From assembly GCA_045545475.1 (NCBI GenBank), contig JAZQAZ010000018.1:1-64000 (forward strand): a stretch of 64,000 bases of DNA, read 5' to 3'. The notes beneath the pieces were generated by a model, which worked only from the letters and a program-made list of their open reading frames with translations, made no database searches and was not told the DNA's origin. This document shows, in pieces, positions 39,382-49,900 of the stretch. The DNA is from Clostridia bacterium. Its GTDB lineage: Bacteria > Bacillota > Clostridia > CAKSNL01 > HGM11501. Each line of letters begins with the position of its first letter. The first letter of the stretch is position 1. The position numbers and the translations under genes were made by a program.

Positions 39382-40317
39382 TTAAAGAGCTGTTTTTTCC
39401 AGCATTGCGGCACCTACTATGCCAGCATCATTGCCGAGCTTTGCGGCAACAATTTCTGTTTCATAATCAAAGGCAACTTCTTCACGAAGCTTTTTACGAA
39501 GGGGGATAAGGAGGTTATCTCCTTCCTTACTGATACCGCCGCCTATTACAATAACGTCGGGGTATAAAATTCTTAAAAGGTCGCCGATGCCTATTGCCAG
39601 ATAGTTTATATATTCATCAACAACTTCCTGAGATGCATGGTCGCCCTGTTTTGCAAAATCAAATGCTGTTTTTCCGTTGATGTCGTTTATCGGAATGGAG
39701 TTAAGCAAAGAATCCGGGTGATTTATTGCTTTATGCTTGGTCATGTTGATAAGTCCGGATGCAGAGGCATAAGCTTCAAAACATCCGCGTCTTCCGCATC
39801 CGCAACGCTTTCCGCCTGCGGCAATAATTAAGTGACCGATTTCTCCGGCACCGAATCTATGACCGGTATAAACTTTGTTTTTAAGAATAATGCCGCCGCC
39901 TATTCCGGTTCCAAGGGTTACCATAACAGAGAAGTTTGCTCCGCTTGATGCACCGTATAAATGTTCAGCGTATGCTGCACAGTTGGCATCATTACCAACA
40001 AAGGTTTTAACTCCGGTGAGTTTTTCCATTTCTGAAGATAGATTAACTCCTGCAAGATTAAGGTTTGCAATCTGGAGAACAATACCGTTATCTGAGTCGA
40101 TAAGACCGGGGCTTCCGATACCGATGGATGAAAGCTCGCTCATTTCGATTCCATACTCGGCAACAAGCTTTTTCACAAGATTTGCCATATCGGCAATAAT
40201 TTCTTCTGAAGGTCTTTTCGCTCCTGCTGGAACAGAGTCTTTTATTAAAATTTTACCGTTTTCATCAACTAATCCTGCGGCAATATTGGTACCGCCTAAA
40301 TCAATCCCTGCATACAT
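39382..40317 (-). CDS. ROK family sugar kinase
   Basis: GIDLGGT, NDANCAA, TLGTGIGGG, EIGH, CGCGRRGCFE. Confidence 0.93.
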   Translation of the reverse strand: MYAGIDLGGTNIAAGLVDENGKILIKDSVPAGAKRPSEEIIADMANLVKKLVAEYGIEMSELSSIGIGSPGLIDSDNGIVLQIANLNLAGVNLSSEMEKLTGVKTFVGNDANCAAYAEHLYGASSGANFSVMVTLGTGIGGGIILKNKVYTGHRFGAGEIGHLIIAAGGKRCGCGRRGCFEAYASASGLINMTKHKAINHPDSLLNSIPINDINGKTAFDFAKQGDHASQEVVDEYINYLAIGIGDLLRILYPDVIVIGGGISKEGDNLLIPLRKKLREEVAFDYETEIVAAKLGNDAGIVGAAMLEKTAL

Positions 40318-41380
40318 AGTCTGTCAATCCTCCTATAATAGTTTCTTTCAAGTTAAGTTCACTGTCAAGCAGTATGATATCTGCGTCAAAGCCTTCCTTA
40401 AGCTCTCCTTTTTCATTGAGTCCTGCGTAAATTGCAGGAGCTTTTGTTGCGGCGTAGAAGGCGTCTTTTTCGGGAATACCCCAGCTTATAAGCTTTTTAA
40501 CACCGTATAGTGCTGAGTGAGAGCTTCCCGCAATGGTTCCGTCGGTAAGGCGGCATTCTCCGTCCTTCATGATTACGGCATGTCCGTCATAATCGTATTC
40601 TCCGTCGGGAAGATAAGCGGGATTTACCGAGTCGCTTATTACTATCATTTTTTTTCCGAAAGTTCTGTGAAGCATTTTAATTACTGATTTATGAACGTGA
40701 AGGCCGTCGCATATAATCTGAACCCAGGCATCAGCTTCGATTGCCGCACCGATTACACCGGGATTTCTGTGGTGTAGGGGAGGCATTGCATTAAAAGTGT
40801 GAGTAAGGCAATCGGCACCTTTTTCGATTGCATGGAGTGCTGTTTCATAGTCAGCGTCTGTGTGGCCGATTATAACCTTGCATCCGCAATTTTCTATGAA
40901 TTCATATGCACCGGGAAGCTCGGGGGCAATTGTAATCATCTTAACATTTTTGAATTTTTTAAGTTCTTCCAAAGAAGGATTTTTTATAAAATCTTCATTT
41001 TGGGCACCCTTATATTTTTTGTTTATGTAAGGACCTTCAAGATGAAATCCCATTATTCTTGCACCTTCATTAAAATCGGTTTTTTCATGGGTTACGTTTA
41101 TAAGGTCTTCTGTGGAAATTGTTGTGGTGGTGGGAAACCAGGCAGTAACACCGTGGGAGCTTTGATATTTCGAAAGCTCTAAAAGATGACCGCCGTTGGA
41201 TACGCTTGTCCCGAGTGCACCGTGAGTATGGATATCTATAAGACCGGGATAAGCTTTTTCTCCTTTTTTGTCTTCTCCGGGAAGATCGATTTTTCCGATT
41301 GACTCTATTTTACCGTCGGCAATCACTATATCCGTAAGCTTTTCATCTATCAAGACGTTTTTTAAAATTCGTTTTGTCAC
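40301..41380 (-). CDS. nagA: N-acetylglucosamine-6-phosphate deacetylase
   Basis: PGLIDIHTHG, HLEGPY, TIAPE, THTFNAM, DGLHV, IAGS. Confidence 0.93.
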   Translation of the reverse strand: MTKRILKNVLIDEKLTDIVIADGKIESIGKIDLPGEDKKGEKAYPGLIDIHTHGALGTSVSNGGHLLELSKYQSSHGVTAWFPTTTTISTEDLINVTHEKTDFNEGARIMGFHLEGPYINKKYKGAQNEDFIKNPSLEELKKFKNVKMITIAPELPGAYEFIENCGCKVIIGHTDADYETALHAIEKGADCLTHTFNAMPPLHHRNPGVIGAAIEADAWVQIICDGLHVHKSVIKMLHRTFGKKMIVISDSVNPAYLPDGEYDYDGHAVIMKDGECRLTDGTIAGSSHSALYGVKKLISWGIPEKDAFYAATKAPAIYAGLNEKGELKEGFDADIILLDSELNLKETIIGGLTDYVCRD

Positions 41381-41509
41381 TAAAAGACCTCCTTCGTTGA
41401 AAATGGGTATTGCCTTTAATGTAATTATATGTTAAAATAATGCTATAATCAAGGAAAAATATTGCTGTTTTATGCAAATATATTGCTGTTTTGTAAAAAA
41501 GGTGGTTTT

Positions 41510-42379
41510 ATGAATCTTGTAGTTTACGAACCTCATGGCCTTAAAGAAAAAAGGCTTCCGTTTATTTTTCACTTTGATACTATATCTCCGGGATTTTATT
41601 CCGATGTAACCGATGGAAAAACGGAACATAAGCATTTTAAAAAGCACTGTATGCAAAATTGGCATGAAAACACGGAGTTTCTTTATGTCACAAGTGGAGA
41701 AGGGATGCTTTACAAAAATAGCGAAAAAATAAAAATTTCTGCCAATTCATTGGTTGTAATAAATTCCTTTGACTTGCATTACACTGAAACAGATAATACG
41801 CTTGAATATTATTGCCTTATTCCTGACAGAGGCTATCTTCAGCAGAACGGACTTAATACCTCGCTTATAAATTTTGAAACACTAATTGATGACAGCGAAG
41901 CCATAAGGCTTTTTGAAAATATAATAACAGAATACGGCAAAGACGAAAAATACAGGGAAGCGGGAATAAAATCTGCGGTAATTGAGTTTGTTCTTTATCT
42001 TGCCCGCAGCCATACATCCTTGAAAGGAAATGAAAAGGATTCTAAGGCACTTCATTATATGAGAATGGCAATAGGGTATATAAATTCTCATATTTCGGAG
42101 AAAATTACAGCAGATGAACTGGCAAGGGAGATTGGCTTGAGCAAATATCATTTCTTAAGGGAATTTAAAAAAATAACAAACATGACACTTATTGAATTTA
42201 TAAACGGGTTAAGATGTGAAAAGGCACGCTCGATGCTGCGTGAAGAAAATATTCCTATTTCGGAAGTATCTGCACTTTGCGGATTTGAAAACGGCTCATA
42301 TTTTAATAAAATATTCCGTCGTGAAACGGGACTTTCTATGTCCGAATACAGAAAGAATGCACGAAAAGAAAGCGAATAA
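41510..42379 (+). CDS. AraC family transcriptional regulator (cupin + HTH)
   Basis: NWHENTEFL cupin; LSKYHFLREFKK, CGFENGSYFNKIFRRETG; divergent from nagA. Confidence 0.92.
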   Translation: MNLVVYEPHGLKEKRLPFIFHFDTISPGFYSDVTDGKTEHKHFKKHCMQNWHENTEFLYVTSGEGMLYKNSEKIKISANSLVVINSFDLHYTETDNTLEYYCLIPDRGYLQQNGLNTSLINFETLIDDSEAIRLFENIITEYGKDEKYREAGIKSAVIEFVLYLARSHTSLKGNEKDSKALHYMRMAIGYINSHISEKITADELAREIGLSKYHFLREFKKITNMTLIEFINGLRCEKARSMLREENIPISEVSALCGFENGSYFNKIFRRETGLSMSEYRKNARKESE

Positions 42380-42411
42380 AAAACGCCCTTCGGGCGTTTT
42401 TTATTCGCTTT
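42369..42411. terminator. Bidirectional terminator
   Basis: AAAGCGAATAAAAAACGCCC-ttc-GGGCGTTTTTTATTCGCTTT. Confidence 0.9.
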
Positions 42412-42961
42412 TTCTGTTTAGTTTTATGTACTCGTTAATGTAGAGTATAAATGCAAGAAGCATAAATACCGAACAAAGGGTTAAAAGAAAATTGACGGTT
42501 GAAAGAGACATTTCGAATGCAAAAAGTGCCGTCATTGAAACAAACTGTACAACGGTTGAAACTTTTCCGAACCATTTTGCACCGTCGAGTTTCTTGTTGT
42601 TTTTACAAACAGAGAATAGCCCTAAAAGTCCCATAGTAATTTCCTTGATAAAGAAAATTACTACAAGAATCCACATTATTTCATATCTTGAAAGCAGGCA
42701 TAGTATCAAAGTACATTGTGTAAGTTTGTCAGCCACAGGATCAATAAACTTTCCAAACTCTGTTATCATATTGAATTTACGGGCGATAACTCCGTCGGCA
42801 AGATCGGTAAATCCCGAAATTGCAGCAATAATTGCAGCCAGTTGGTAATTTTCTGCTACAAGATAAAAATATACGATTAAAGGGATTAGCAGAATTCTGA
42901 CATAACTTAATATATTTGGGATGGAGAGAAGCTCCTTTTTATAATTAACCATTACAGTCAT
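42401..42961 (-). CDS. CDP-alcohol phosphatidyltransferase (PgsA-like)
   Basis: IPNILSYVRI, TDLADGVIARKFN..FGKFIDPVADK. Confidence 0.92.
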   Translation of the reverse strand: MTVMVNYKKELLSIPNILSYVRILLIPLIVYFYLVAENYQLAAIIAAISGFTDLADGVIARKFNMITEFGKFIDPVADKLTQCTLILCLLSRYEIMWILVVIFFIKEITMGLLGLFSVCKNNKKLDGAKWFGKVSTVVQFVSMTALFAFEMSLSTVNFLLTLCSVFMLLAFILYINEYIKLNRKSE

Positions 42962-43971
42962 GCCTCCTCAGAAGGACTGTAATGAGACTCAAAAGGCTGC
43001 TCGGAATTTATAACGGCTTTGTCAGATTCATTTTCGCATTCAGCTTCTGCAGCTTCTTCGATGTTTATGGGCTCATCTTTTTTTTCTGTGGCATCCGAAG
43101 AAGAAATGGTTTCGGATAACCTATTTAAGTCTCGTTGCAAAATGCAAAGGGCCATGGGGAAAAGAAGGAAGAGGGTTAAAACCATACATAATATGCCGCG
43201 GTTTTTAACGGTTTCGTCCTTTTCACTGAGCTCTTCATAGCGGGTGTAATACCAGTATGCGGTGTAAGGATAAAATAAAGAGAAAAGCCAAAGCTCGGAA
43301 AAAGAGGCTTTTTTGCCGATAAACATTTCTGTTTTCTTTGCGGCAAATATACTCCATAAAATGTAGTATATTCCAAAGGTCACAATAGAGAGTATAAAAA
43401 CTTCTCCCATTTTAACAGAGGATGAGGCCTTTGTTATATCAACATATTTTGTAAGCAAAATGAGCGAAGATAAAATTAAAAGCTCAGGAGTTATGGATGA
43501 AGATGTAAAGAGTACCACAAGCCATGCAACAAAAAGTGCTGAAAAAAGCATGCGGCTGTTCTTAATCTGCTCCTGTGCATATAAAATTAATAAAAGGTAT
43601 GCCGCAATAGGCAATAGAAGCAATATAAAGTTAAGTACTTCAAGGAAAATATTTGGACGATAGTAGTGGTTATACATACCGGAAAATACATACGAGTAAA
43701 TGTAATGAATTATAAATACTACAGATTGAAGAAAAAGAAAAACTCCGCTGAGAGAAATGAGGGTTTTTCCGGATGTAAACACTCCTGCAAGCAATAAAAG
43801 AATTGAAAACAGGATAAGCAGTGCCGATATAAACAGCAAAAGACCATTTGCGGAGATGGGGTATCTGTCAGCTATATAAAATACATTATACAAGCTTACA
43901 GGAAGTGCGATAATAGATAGAATAACAGATAAAAGTATGTTGCAGTTTTTTAATTTAGACACAAAAACCAT
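42958..43971 (-). CDS. Multi-pass membrane protein with DUF4234-like C-terminal segment
   Basis: Hydrophobic helices; ILSIVTFGIYYILW motif; acidic tail. Confidence 0.6.
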   Translation of the reverse strand: MVFVSKLKNCNILLSVILSIIALPVSLYNVFYIADRYPISANGLLLFISALLILFSILLLLAGVFTSGKTLISLSGVFLFLQSVVFIIHYIYSYVFSGMYNHYYRPNIFLEVLNFILLLLPIAAYLLLILYAQEQIKNSRMLFSALFVAWLVVLFTSSSITPELLILSSLILLTKYVDITKASSSVKMGEVFILSIVTFGIYYILWSIFAAKKTEMFIGKKASFSELWLFSLFYPYTAYWYYTRYEELSEKDETVKNRGILCMVLTLFLLFPMALCILQRDLNRLSETISSSDATEKKDEPINIEEAAEAECENESDKAVINSEQPFESHYSPSEEA

Positions 43972-43993
43972 CCTTTCTGAAGAAATTTCTTTA

Positions 43994-45088
43994 TTATATA
44001 CGGGTGTCGCATTTTATGTATTTTCTGTTCCAGCCTTCATTAAAATCTATGTCATCGGGGCAGCCTGTGAACAGGTCAGAAGCAAGCTCCTCAATTTCTG
44101 CACGAAGTTCCAAATTTTCAAGATAATAGTCGGGGATTGCGTCGACTCCGAGGTATGCACCGATTATACTTCCCGTTATAAGGCCTGTGGAGTTACTGTC
44201 TCCGCTGTGGTTAACTGCGGCAACTATTGCTTTTTCAAAGCTGTTCTGATACTTTAAGCTGCAGTAAATACCGATTGCAAGTGCTTCCTCTGCCAAAAGA
44301 CCGGAATTTCCGAGACGGCGTATTGCATCGGTATCGTCGATTTCTCTTCCGGCAAGCTTTATGGCACGTTCTATAAGGTCTATCAGATTTTGTGTTTCCG
44401 GATAAGTCTCCTTTGTGCCGTCCAAAGTATCAAGACAGTCATATACAATAGTATATAAATTCTCATCGGTGTGAGCTGCATTGTTTATTATATGAACCAT
44501 TGCGGCAGCACTTACGAATCCCAGAGGATGGCCGTGAGTTATTGCGGCGGACTTTGCACCGATTAAGTCTATTCTCTCTGTTCCGTATTCTTCTTTGTCA
44601 AAGTAAAGTCCGATAGGGGCAACCCTCATCATTCCTCCGCATCCCTTGCTTGAGTTGAGCCTGCCTTCAAGCGTCCCCATAACTCCGCTGGATAATGCAT
44701 ATAAGTTGGTGTTTCCGGGGGCTCTTTTTGACTGTAATGCTTTCAAATGATAAATCCAGCTTATTATGTCTTCATCCTTGAAAAGGGAAGGCATCTGGGT
44801 GCGAAGCCAATCCTTATACGCCTTGTGTATGTAGTGACAAACGGGAGCCATTACGCCTTTAACTTTTTCGCGTGTAGCACCGAAAAGAATACCGTTTGCG
44901 GTAAACATAGTCATCTGAGTTCCGTCGGAAATTAATGCTTTCCCATCTTTAAACTCATAGCGGGTTATACCGTTTTCACCGTATTTTTTTCTGATTTCGT
45001 CTAAACTTTTGAACTCGACGGCATAACCTAATGCGTCACCTGCCGCTCCGCCCAAAAGACAGCCCTTAAATTTTCTCAATTCCCTCAT
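43994..45088 (-). CDS. ADP-ribosylglycohydrolase family protein (metal motifs altered)
   Basis: GCLLGGAAGDALGYAVEF, SKGCGGMMRVAP, ITHGHP, VNHSGDSNSTG. Confidence 0.9.
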   Translation of the reverse strand: MRELRKFKGCLLGGAAGDALGYAVEFKSLDEIRKKYGENGITRYEFKDGKALISDGTQMTMFTANGILFGATREKVKGVMAPVCHYIHKAYKDWLRTQMPSLFKDEDIISWIYHLKALQSKRAPGNTNLYALSSGVMGTLEGRLNSSKGCGGMMRVAPIGLYFDKEEYGTERIDLIGAKSAAITHGHPLGFVSAAAMVHIINNAAHTDENLYTIVYDCLDTLDGTKETYPETQNLIDLIERAIKLAGREIDDTDAIRRLGNSGLLAEEALAIGIYCSLKYQNSFEKAIVAAVNHSGDSNSTGLITGSIIGAYLGVDAIPDYYLENLELRAEIEELASDLFTGCPDDIDFNEGWNRKYIKCDTRI

Positions 45089-45228
45089 TTATATCTCTGC
45101 CTTTCTGTGGGTAACAGAATTATTCTATCAAAAATATCTGATTTTTACAAGGGGAAATTTCGAGTTTTTTTTCGTTATTGCGATTTTTTTGACAAAAAAA
45201 TATATTTTATACTAATTGTAGTGTTTTT

Positions 45229-46431
45229 TTATTCCCCTAAATTTTTTTTCTTTTCTGAAAACATATTTCCTGCACGGAAAACTGCTCCGCTCCCGAATTT
45301 TTGCTTTAATGCATCAATTGCAGCATCCACCTTTTCATGCTTTTCGCATTTCTGTTCTTCATCAAATAGCGAAAGCTGAGTGGGAGAATCGGCTTTAGAT
45401 AAAGATAAAGCTGTAACGGTAAGCATTCTAACCGGTTTTCCGGATTCCCAGCGTGCTTCAAAGAGTAAAAAGCATTCGGTTGCTATGTTGTGAAGAGAGT
45501 TTGTGGGACTTATGGCCTTTTGTCTTGTAATTGTGGTGAAATCTTTATCCCTTATAGTAAGCTGAACGGACGAACATTTAAGATTTCCTTGACGGAGTTT
45601 TTCGGCAACGGTATCGGAAAGGGAATAAATTGCAGATTTTATTTCTTCCGTGGTTGTAAGGTCATGCGGAAATGTCATGCCGTTACCGATTGATTTAACC
45701 TCTCGCTTATCAAGGTAAGATTTTACAGGGTCATCGTCAAGGCCTTTGGCGTAAATGGAAAGCATTTTGCCGTGCTTTCCGAAGCGTTCCGACAACAGTC
45801 TTTCATCAGCCGAGGCAATGTCTCCGATTGTATTTATTCCAAGAGCCTTGAGGCCCAAAGCAGTATTTCGTCCCACATATAAAAGCATATCACAGGGAAG
45901 ATTATAAATTTTTTCTTTATAGTTTTCCTCTGATAAAACTGTGACGGCATCCGGCTTTTTCAAATCGCTTCCGAGCTTTGCGAAAATCTTGTTAAAGGAA
46001 ACGCCGACGGAAATGGTAATTCCGATTTCCTTTTTCACACGTTCCCTTATCATGTGGGCAATTTCTTCTCCGCTTCCGAAAAGCTTTAAGCTTCCCGTAA
46101 CATCCAGCCAGGACTCGTCAATTCCGAATTTTTCCACCTGCTCCGTATAGTCGCAGTAAATGGCGTTTACCCTCTCAGAATACTCCTCATAGATGTCGTG
46201 ATGGGGAGGAACGATTGTAAGGTTCGGACATTTTTTCAATGCCGATCCTATGGTTTCGGCTGTTACTATTCCGTAGCGTTTTGCAAGTTCATTTTTGGCG
46301 AGGATTATTCCGTGGCGGTTTTCCCTGTTTCCGCCAACAGCCATGGGAATATCTTTGAGGGATGGATTAAGTGCACATTCAACAGATGCATAAAAGCCGT
46401 TACAATCGCAGTGCAGTATTGTTCTTGCCAC
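45229..46431 (-). CDS. dinB: DNA polymerase IV (Y family)
   Basis: LHCDCNGFYASVE, GIDESWLD, NKIFAKLGSDLKKP, QLSLF clamp motif; GTG start after GGAGG. Confidence 0.93.
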   Translation of the reverse strand: MARTILHCDCNGFYASVECALNPSLKDIPMAVGGNRENRHGIILAKNELAKRYGIVTAETIGSALKKCPNLTIVPPHHDIYEEYSERVNAIYCDYTEQVEKFGIDESWLDVTGSLKLFGSGEEIAHMIRERVKKEIGITISVGVSFNKIFAKLGSDLKKPDAVTVLSEENYKEKIYNLPCDMLLYVGRNTALGLKALGINTIGDIASADERLLSERFGKHGKMLSIYAKGLDDDPVKSYLDKREVKSIGNGMTFPHDLTTTEEIKSAIYSLSDTVAEKLRQGNLKCSSVQLTIRDKDFTTITRQKAISPTNSLHNIATECFLLFEARWESGKPVRMLTVTALSLSKADSPTQLSLFDEEQKCEKHEKVDAAIDALKQKFGSGAVFRAGNMFSEKKKNLGE

Positions 46432-46457
46432 GAAAATCACCTCCTTGTTATTTTAAT

Positions 46458-46486
46458 ATTATATCAGTTTTTTATCCTGTTTTCAA
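46458..46486 (-). promoter_or_regulatory. dinB promoter TTGAAA-17-TATAAT
   Basis: Reverse-strand motif match with extended TG. Confidence 0.6.
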
Positions 46487-46534
46487 GTGTTATAAAAATG
46501 TTGTTTTTTTGAAAGTTTATATTGAATTTTTATA

Positions 46535-46563
46535 TTGACAGTTTTTATCCGGAATGTTAATAT
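46535..46563 (+). promoter_or_regulatory. Promoter of cobalamin operon TTGACA-17-TAATAT
   Basis: Direct motif match upstream of the riboswitch. Confidence 0.7.
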
Positions 46564-46579
46564 AAGTAAAAATAAATAT

Positions 46580-46762
46580 TGCACATAGTGTGTCCGTTAT
46601 ACCGTATGGGTATGATGGGTGAAAAGGGAATCCGGTCAGACTCCGGAACGATACCAGTCGCTGTAACTACCCGTATAATCCGTCGGCGAAAGCCGGTCAT
46701 TGGGAAACTGAGAAGGCAGGGTTATACGTAAAGAGGTGGAAAGTCAGAAGACCTGCACTAAT
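46580..46762 (+). ncRNA. Cobalamin (B12) riboswitch aptamer
   Basis: AAAAGGGAA-tCCGG..CCGG..GCTGTAA, CATTGGGAAACTGAGAAGGC, B12 box AAGTCAGAAGACCTGC, closing TAGTG/CACTA. Confidence 0.92.
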
Positions 46763-46869
46763 GCTGCTCCGTACTTGCTTTGCATAGGGGCGGCAGTTTT
46801 GTCGGCATTTTCCGTTTATGGAAAAGGCTTTGCTTTACGTTGGACAAAATGTGCAGACACAGAAACGCT

Positions 46870-46903
46870 GCTGTGGTAATTTTTTAATTACCACGGCTTT
46901 TTT
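46870..46903 (+). terminator. Riboswitch expression-platform terminator
   Basis: GCTGTGGTAATT-tttt-AATTACCACGGC-TTTTTT in the leader before the first ORF. Confidence 0.8.
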
Positions 46904-46987
46904 GTTTTCTGTTATAAAAGGAGGTGTAAAAGAAAAAATAGCGACGCTTTAATAAAGACAATTTAACAAAAAGAAAGGATAGTAAAA

Positions 46988-49900
46988 ATGAAAATTAAAA
47001 AAGCGTTATGCCTGCTTTTATCACTGGTTATGATATTCGGCATGGCACCTTCGGCAATAATTTCAGCTGAAGAAAATGAAACAACTGATGAAATTAAGGT
47101 TTATATGACAGTAGTAAATAAGGGTGTTATTGCTTCGGACAATGAAGGAGACATAATGGCAAACCGTGAACTTACGGTTTCGGATATTGACGAAGACGGA
47201 AAATTCACCTTCCACGAAGCGTTAATCGCTGCACATAAGGAATATAACAGCGAAGATGGCTACGATGCAGGAAGCGGAAATGGAGTAAGCGTTGTAAAGC
47301 TCTGGGGAATTGATTCGTATAACAACCTGTTTTTTATAAATGATGTGGGAATTCCCGATGGAGTTGGAATTAATGAGGTAAAAGACGGGAATTTCCTTAC
47401 AACATCAATATGTCAGGATAGCAAATACTACTGTGACCGCTATACCTTCTTTGATAAAAAGGAAGTTACTGCTATCGAAAATGAGGAATTTACTCTTAAC
47501 TTAAAGGGGTTCTGGGGGATGGCTTCTGAAGGAGACGACCTTTTGCCAAAGCCTTTTGAAGGACTTGCTATCTGTACCTGGGAAGATGGCGAACTTAAAG
47601 AGATTGAAGGAAAAGCGACAGACGAAGACGGTAATGTAAATCTTTCCTTTTCCGAAGCGGGAACTTATTATGTGACGGCAAAAGGTACGGTAAAGGCAAT
47701 GGTTACCGACTGGTGGACAATGAAGGAGGTTGAGGCAGACTGCCCCATAATCGCACCGCTTTGTATCGTAACAGTAGAAGAGATTGCTCCTCCCGAATCC
47801 ATTAAGATAGAACACGATGCAAAAAATGTTATTGACGGAGTTATCATAGCTAAAAAGGGCGATAAATTCAATCTCCTTGCCTTTGACGAAAATGGCGAAG
47901 AAACTCCCGTTACATGGAAGAACGAAAGCTACGGCAATACAGTTACAATAGATGAGGTTACAGGCGAAGTAGAGGTTACGGGTGATATTTACGGCGGCAC
48001 ATCCTACCTTTATTTTGAGGCCACATCCACGATTGACGAGACTGTGAAAAAAGAAGTCACCGTTCTTATGACCGGCTTTATCTTAAGCCAGTATCAGAAG
48101 GAGCAGACCGTAACACTTTCTGAGGATGGACAGACGGCAAAGACAGCATCTCTTAATGCCGGTAAAAAAGGACATAATATCTGGAATTATAACATTCCCG
48201 ATGGTGTTGCAGAACTTACTGCAGACCCCGGAAACGGCGGAGAAATAAAGTTCAACGTATATAGACCGGGTGTAATTGAGGTGGGCTTTGCCCTTGACAT
48301 AAATGAGGAGCTTTCCGACAGCGGAATAATTAAAGTAGAGGGCGTTGCCGTTGAAACTTTGAATGGAGAAAGAGGAAAGGTTTATCTTGAGATAGGGAAC
48401 GAGGAAGATGCACCCACAACGGAGCTTACTGCCTATGTTGCGGAGGGCAGAGAGGTTTCCTCGTGGATAAGCCTTGATGAGGATATTGCCACAGTTTCGG
48501 AAAACGGCGTGGTAACGGCTGTGGGTGTCGGAAGCGTAATTATTCAGGCCGTGGACAATGAAGGCGCGAAGGGCGGAATAAAGGTAGTTGTTGAAAGCAG
48601 GGAAATACCTTATTTTGAAAGCATCGAATTTCAGACAAGCTACCTTGCATCGGGTTCCTGGGTAAAGGGCGAAACATTTAATCCCACGGTAACGGAGTAC
48701 GATCTTACTGTTTCACGTTATTCCTTAAGCAATCTTGTTTTTCTTAAGGATACCTTGTATGACGATGTGAAATACTCGGCGAAAGCTTTGTACGAAGATG
48801 TATACGGCGAAGAAAAAGAGGTTTACATACATAGCGGAGCAGCAACAACTCTTTCCGATATACCCTTCGGTACTTCCGCTGTTACGGTAACGCTTTATGA
48901 AAAGGAAAACGAAAAAAATAAAACCGTTTATACCTTTAATGTAACACGTCCGAGAGATAAAACAAAAGCTTTAAAGACGGTTACTGTAAATCCTGAAGGA
49001 AGAACGCTTTCAAATACCTTGTATGAGGGCTATAAAGAAGGAACGATGCTGAGGTGTGACGAAGAAGGAACCCTCACTTCGGTAACAGGAATATACGGCT
49101 CGCATTATTATTACAGAACATATGTATACGGCGAAACCGACTTTACCTTATCCTTTGCCGCATCCACTGCCTATGCTCATATAAGATACAGCGTTGACGG
49201 CGAGGAGTGGACAGAGCTTGATTCTTTATTGAAATCGGAAAAACTTTCCTTTGACGAGGATGGTGTTATTGAGCTTTATATAGAAATTGCAGACGACGAT
49301 AGTTATACCTCTGACAAAGAAGCAGAGGGTGACGGATTTTCGGAGGGAAATACGGTAAGCTACAAGCTCACATTGATGAATGTTTCCGCAGAAGCTCCGA
49401 AAATGCTTACGGCTGAGGCAGAAGGGGACTGGTATCCTGCTTTTTCTCCTGACTTTTATACCTATCGCATAATGACAGAAAGTGATGCAAAAGCTCCCGT
49501 GCTTACCTTTACGGCAGAAGAAGGAGCAATTGTAAAAGATGAAAAAGAAATTATTGAGCCTGACGAGAACGGAATATATTCCGTAACCCTTAAAAACACA
49601 CAAAAGAGCATTACCCTTTCAGACAGCGAAGAAAAGTGCGTTAATACATATAAGTTCCAGTACACGAGAAAGTCATCCTCTGCTGTGCCCGATAAAGTGG
49701 TTGAGGCGGTATATATCGGCGGTCAGTATTCGGGAAGCTATGACGTTTATCCCGAACTTACGCTGACAGGCTCTATGCGTTCTCTCGGTAACTTCGGAGG
49801 ATATATCACATACTATTTTGAAGAAGCACTAAAAGATAACCCAAACAATATGTACGGTATGGAGTTTTACATCTTCGGAAACAGTATGGAGATGAATATT

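Noticed and set aside
45189-45217. Plus-strand TTGACA suggesting an antisense promoter into dinB
   Set aside because: The nearest TATACT is only 13 nt away; no acceptable -10 at 16-18 nt.
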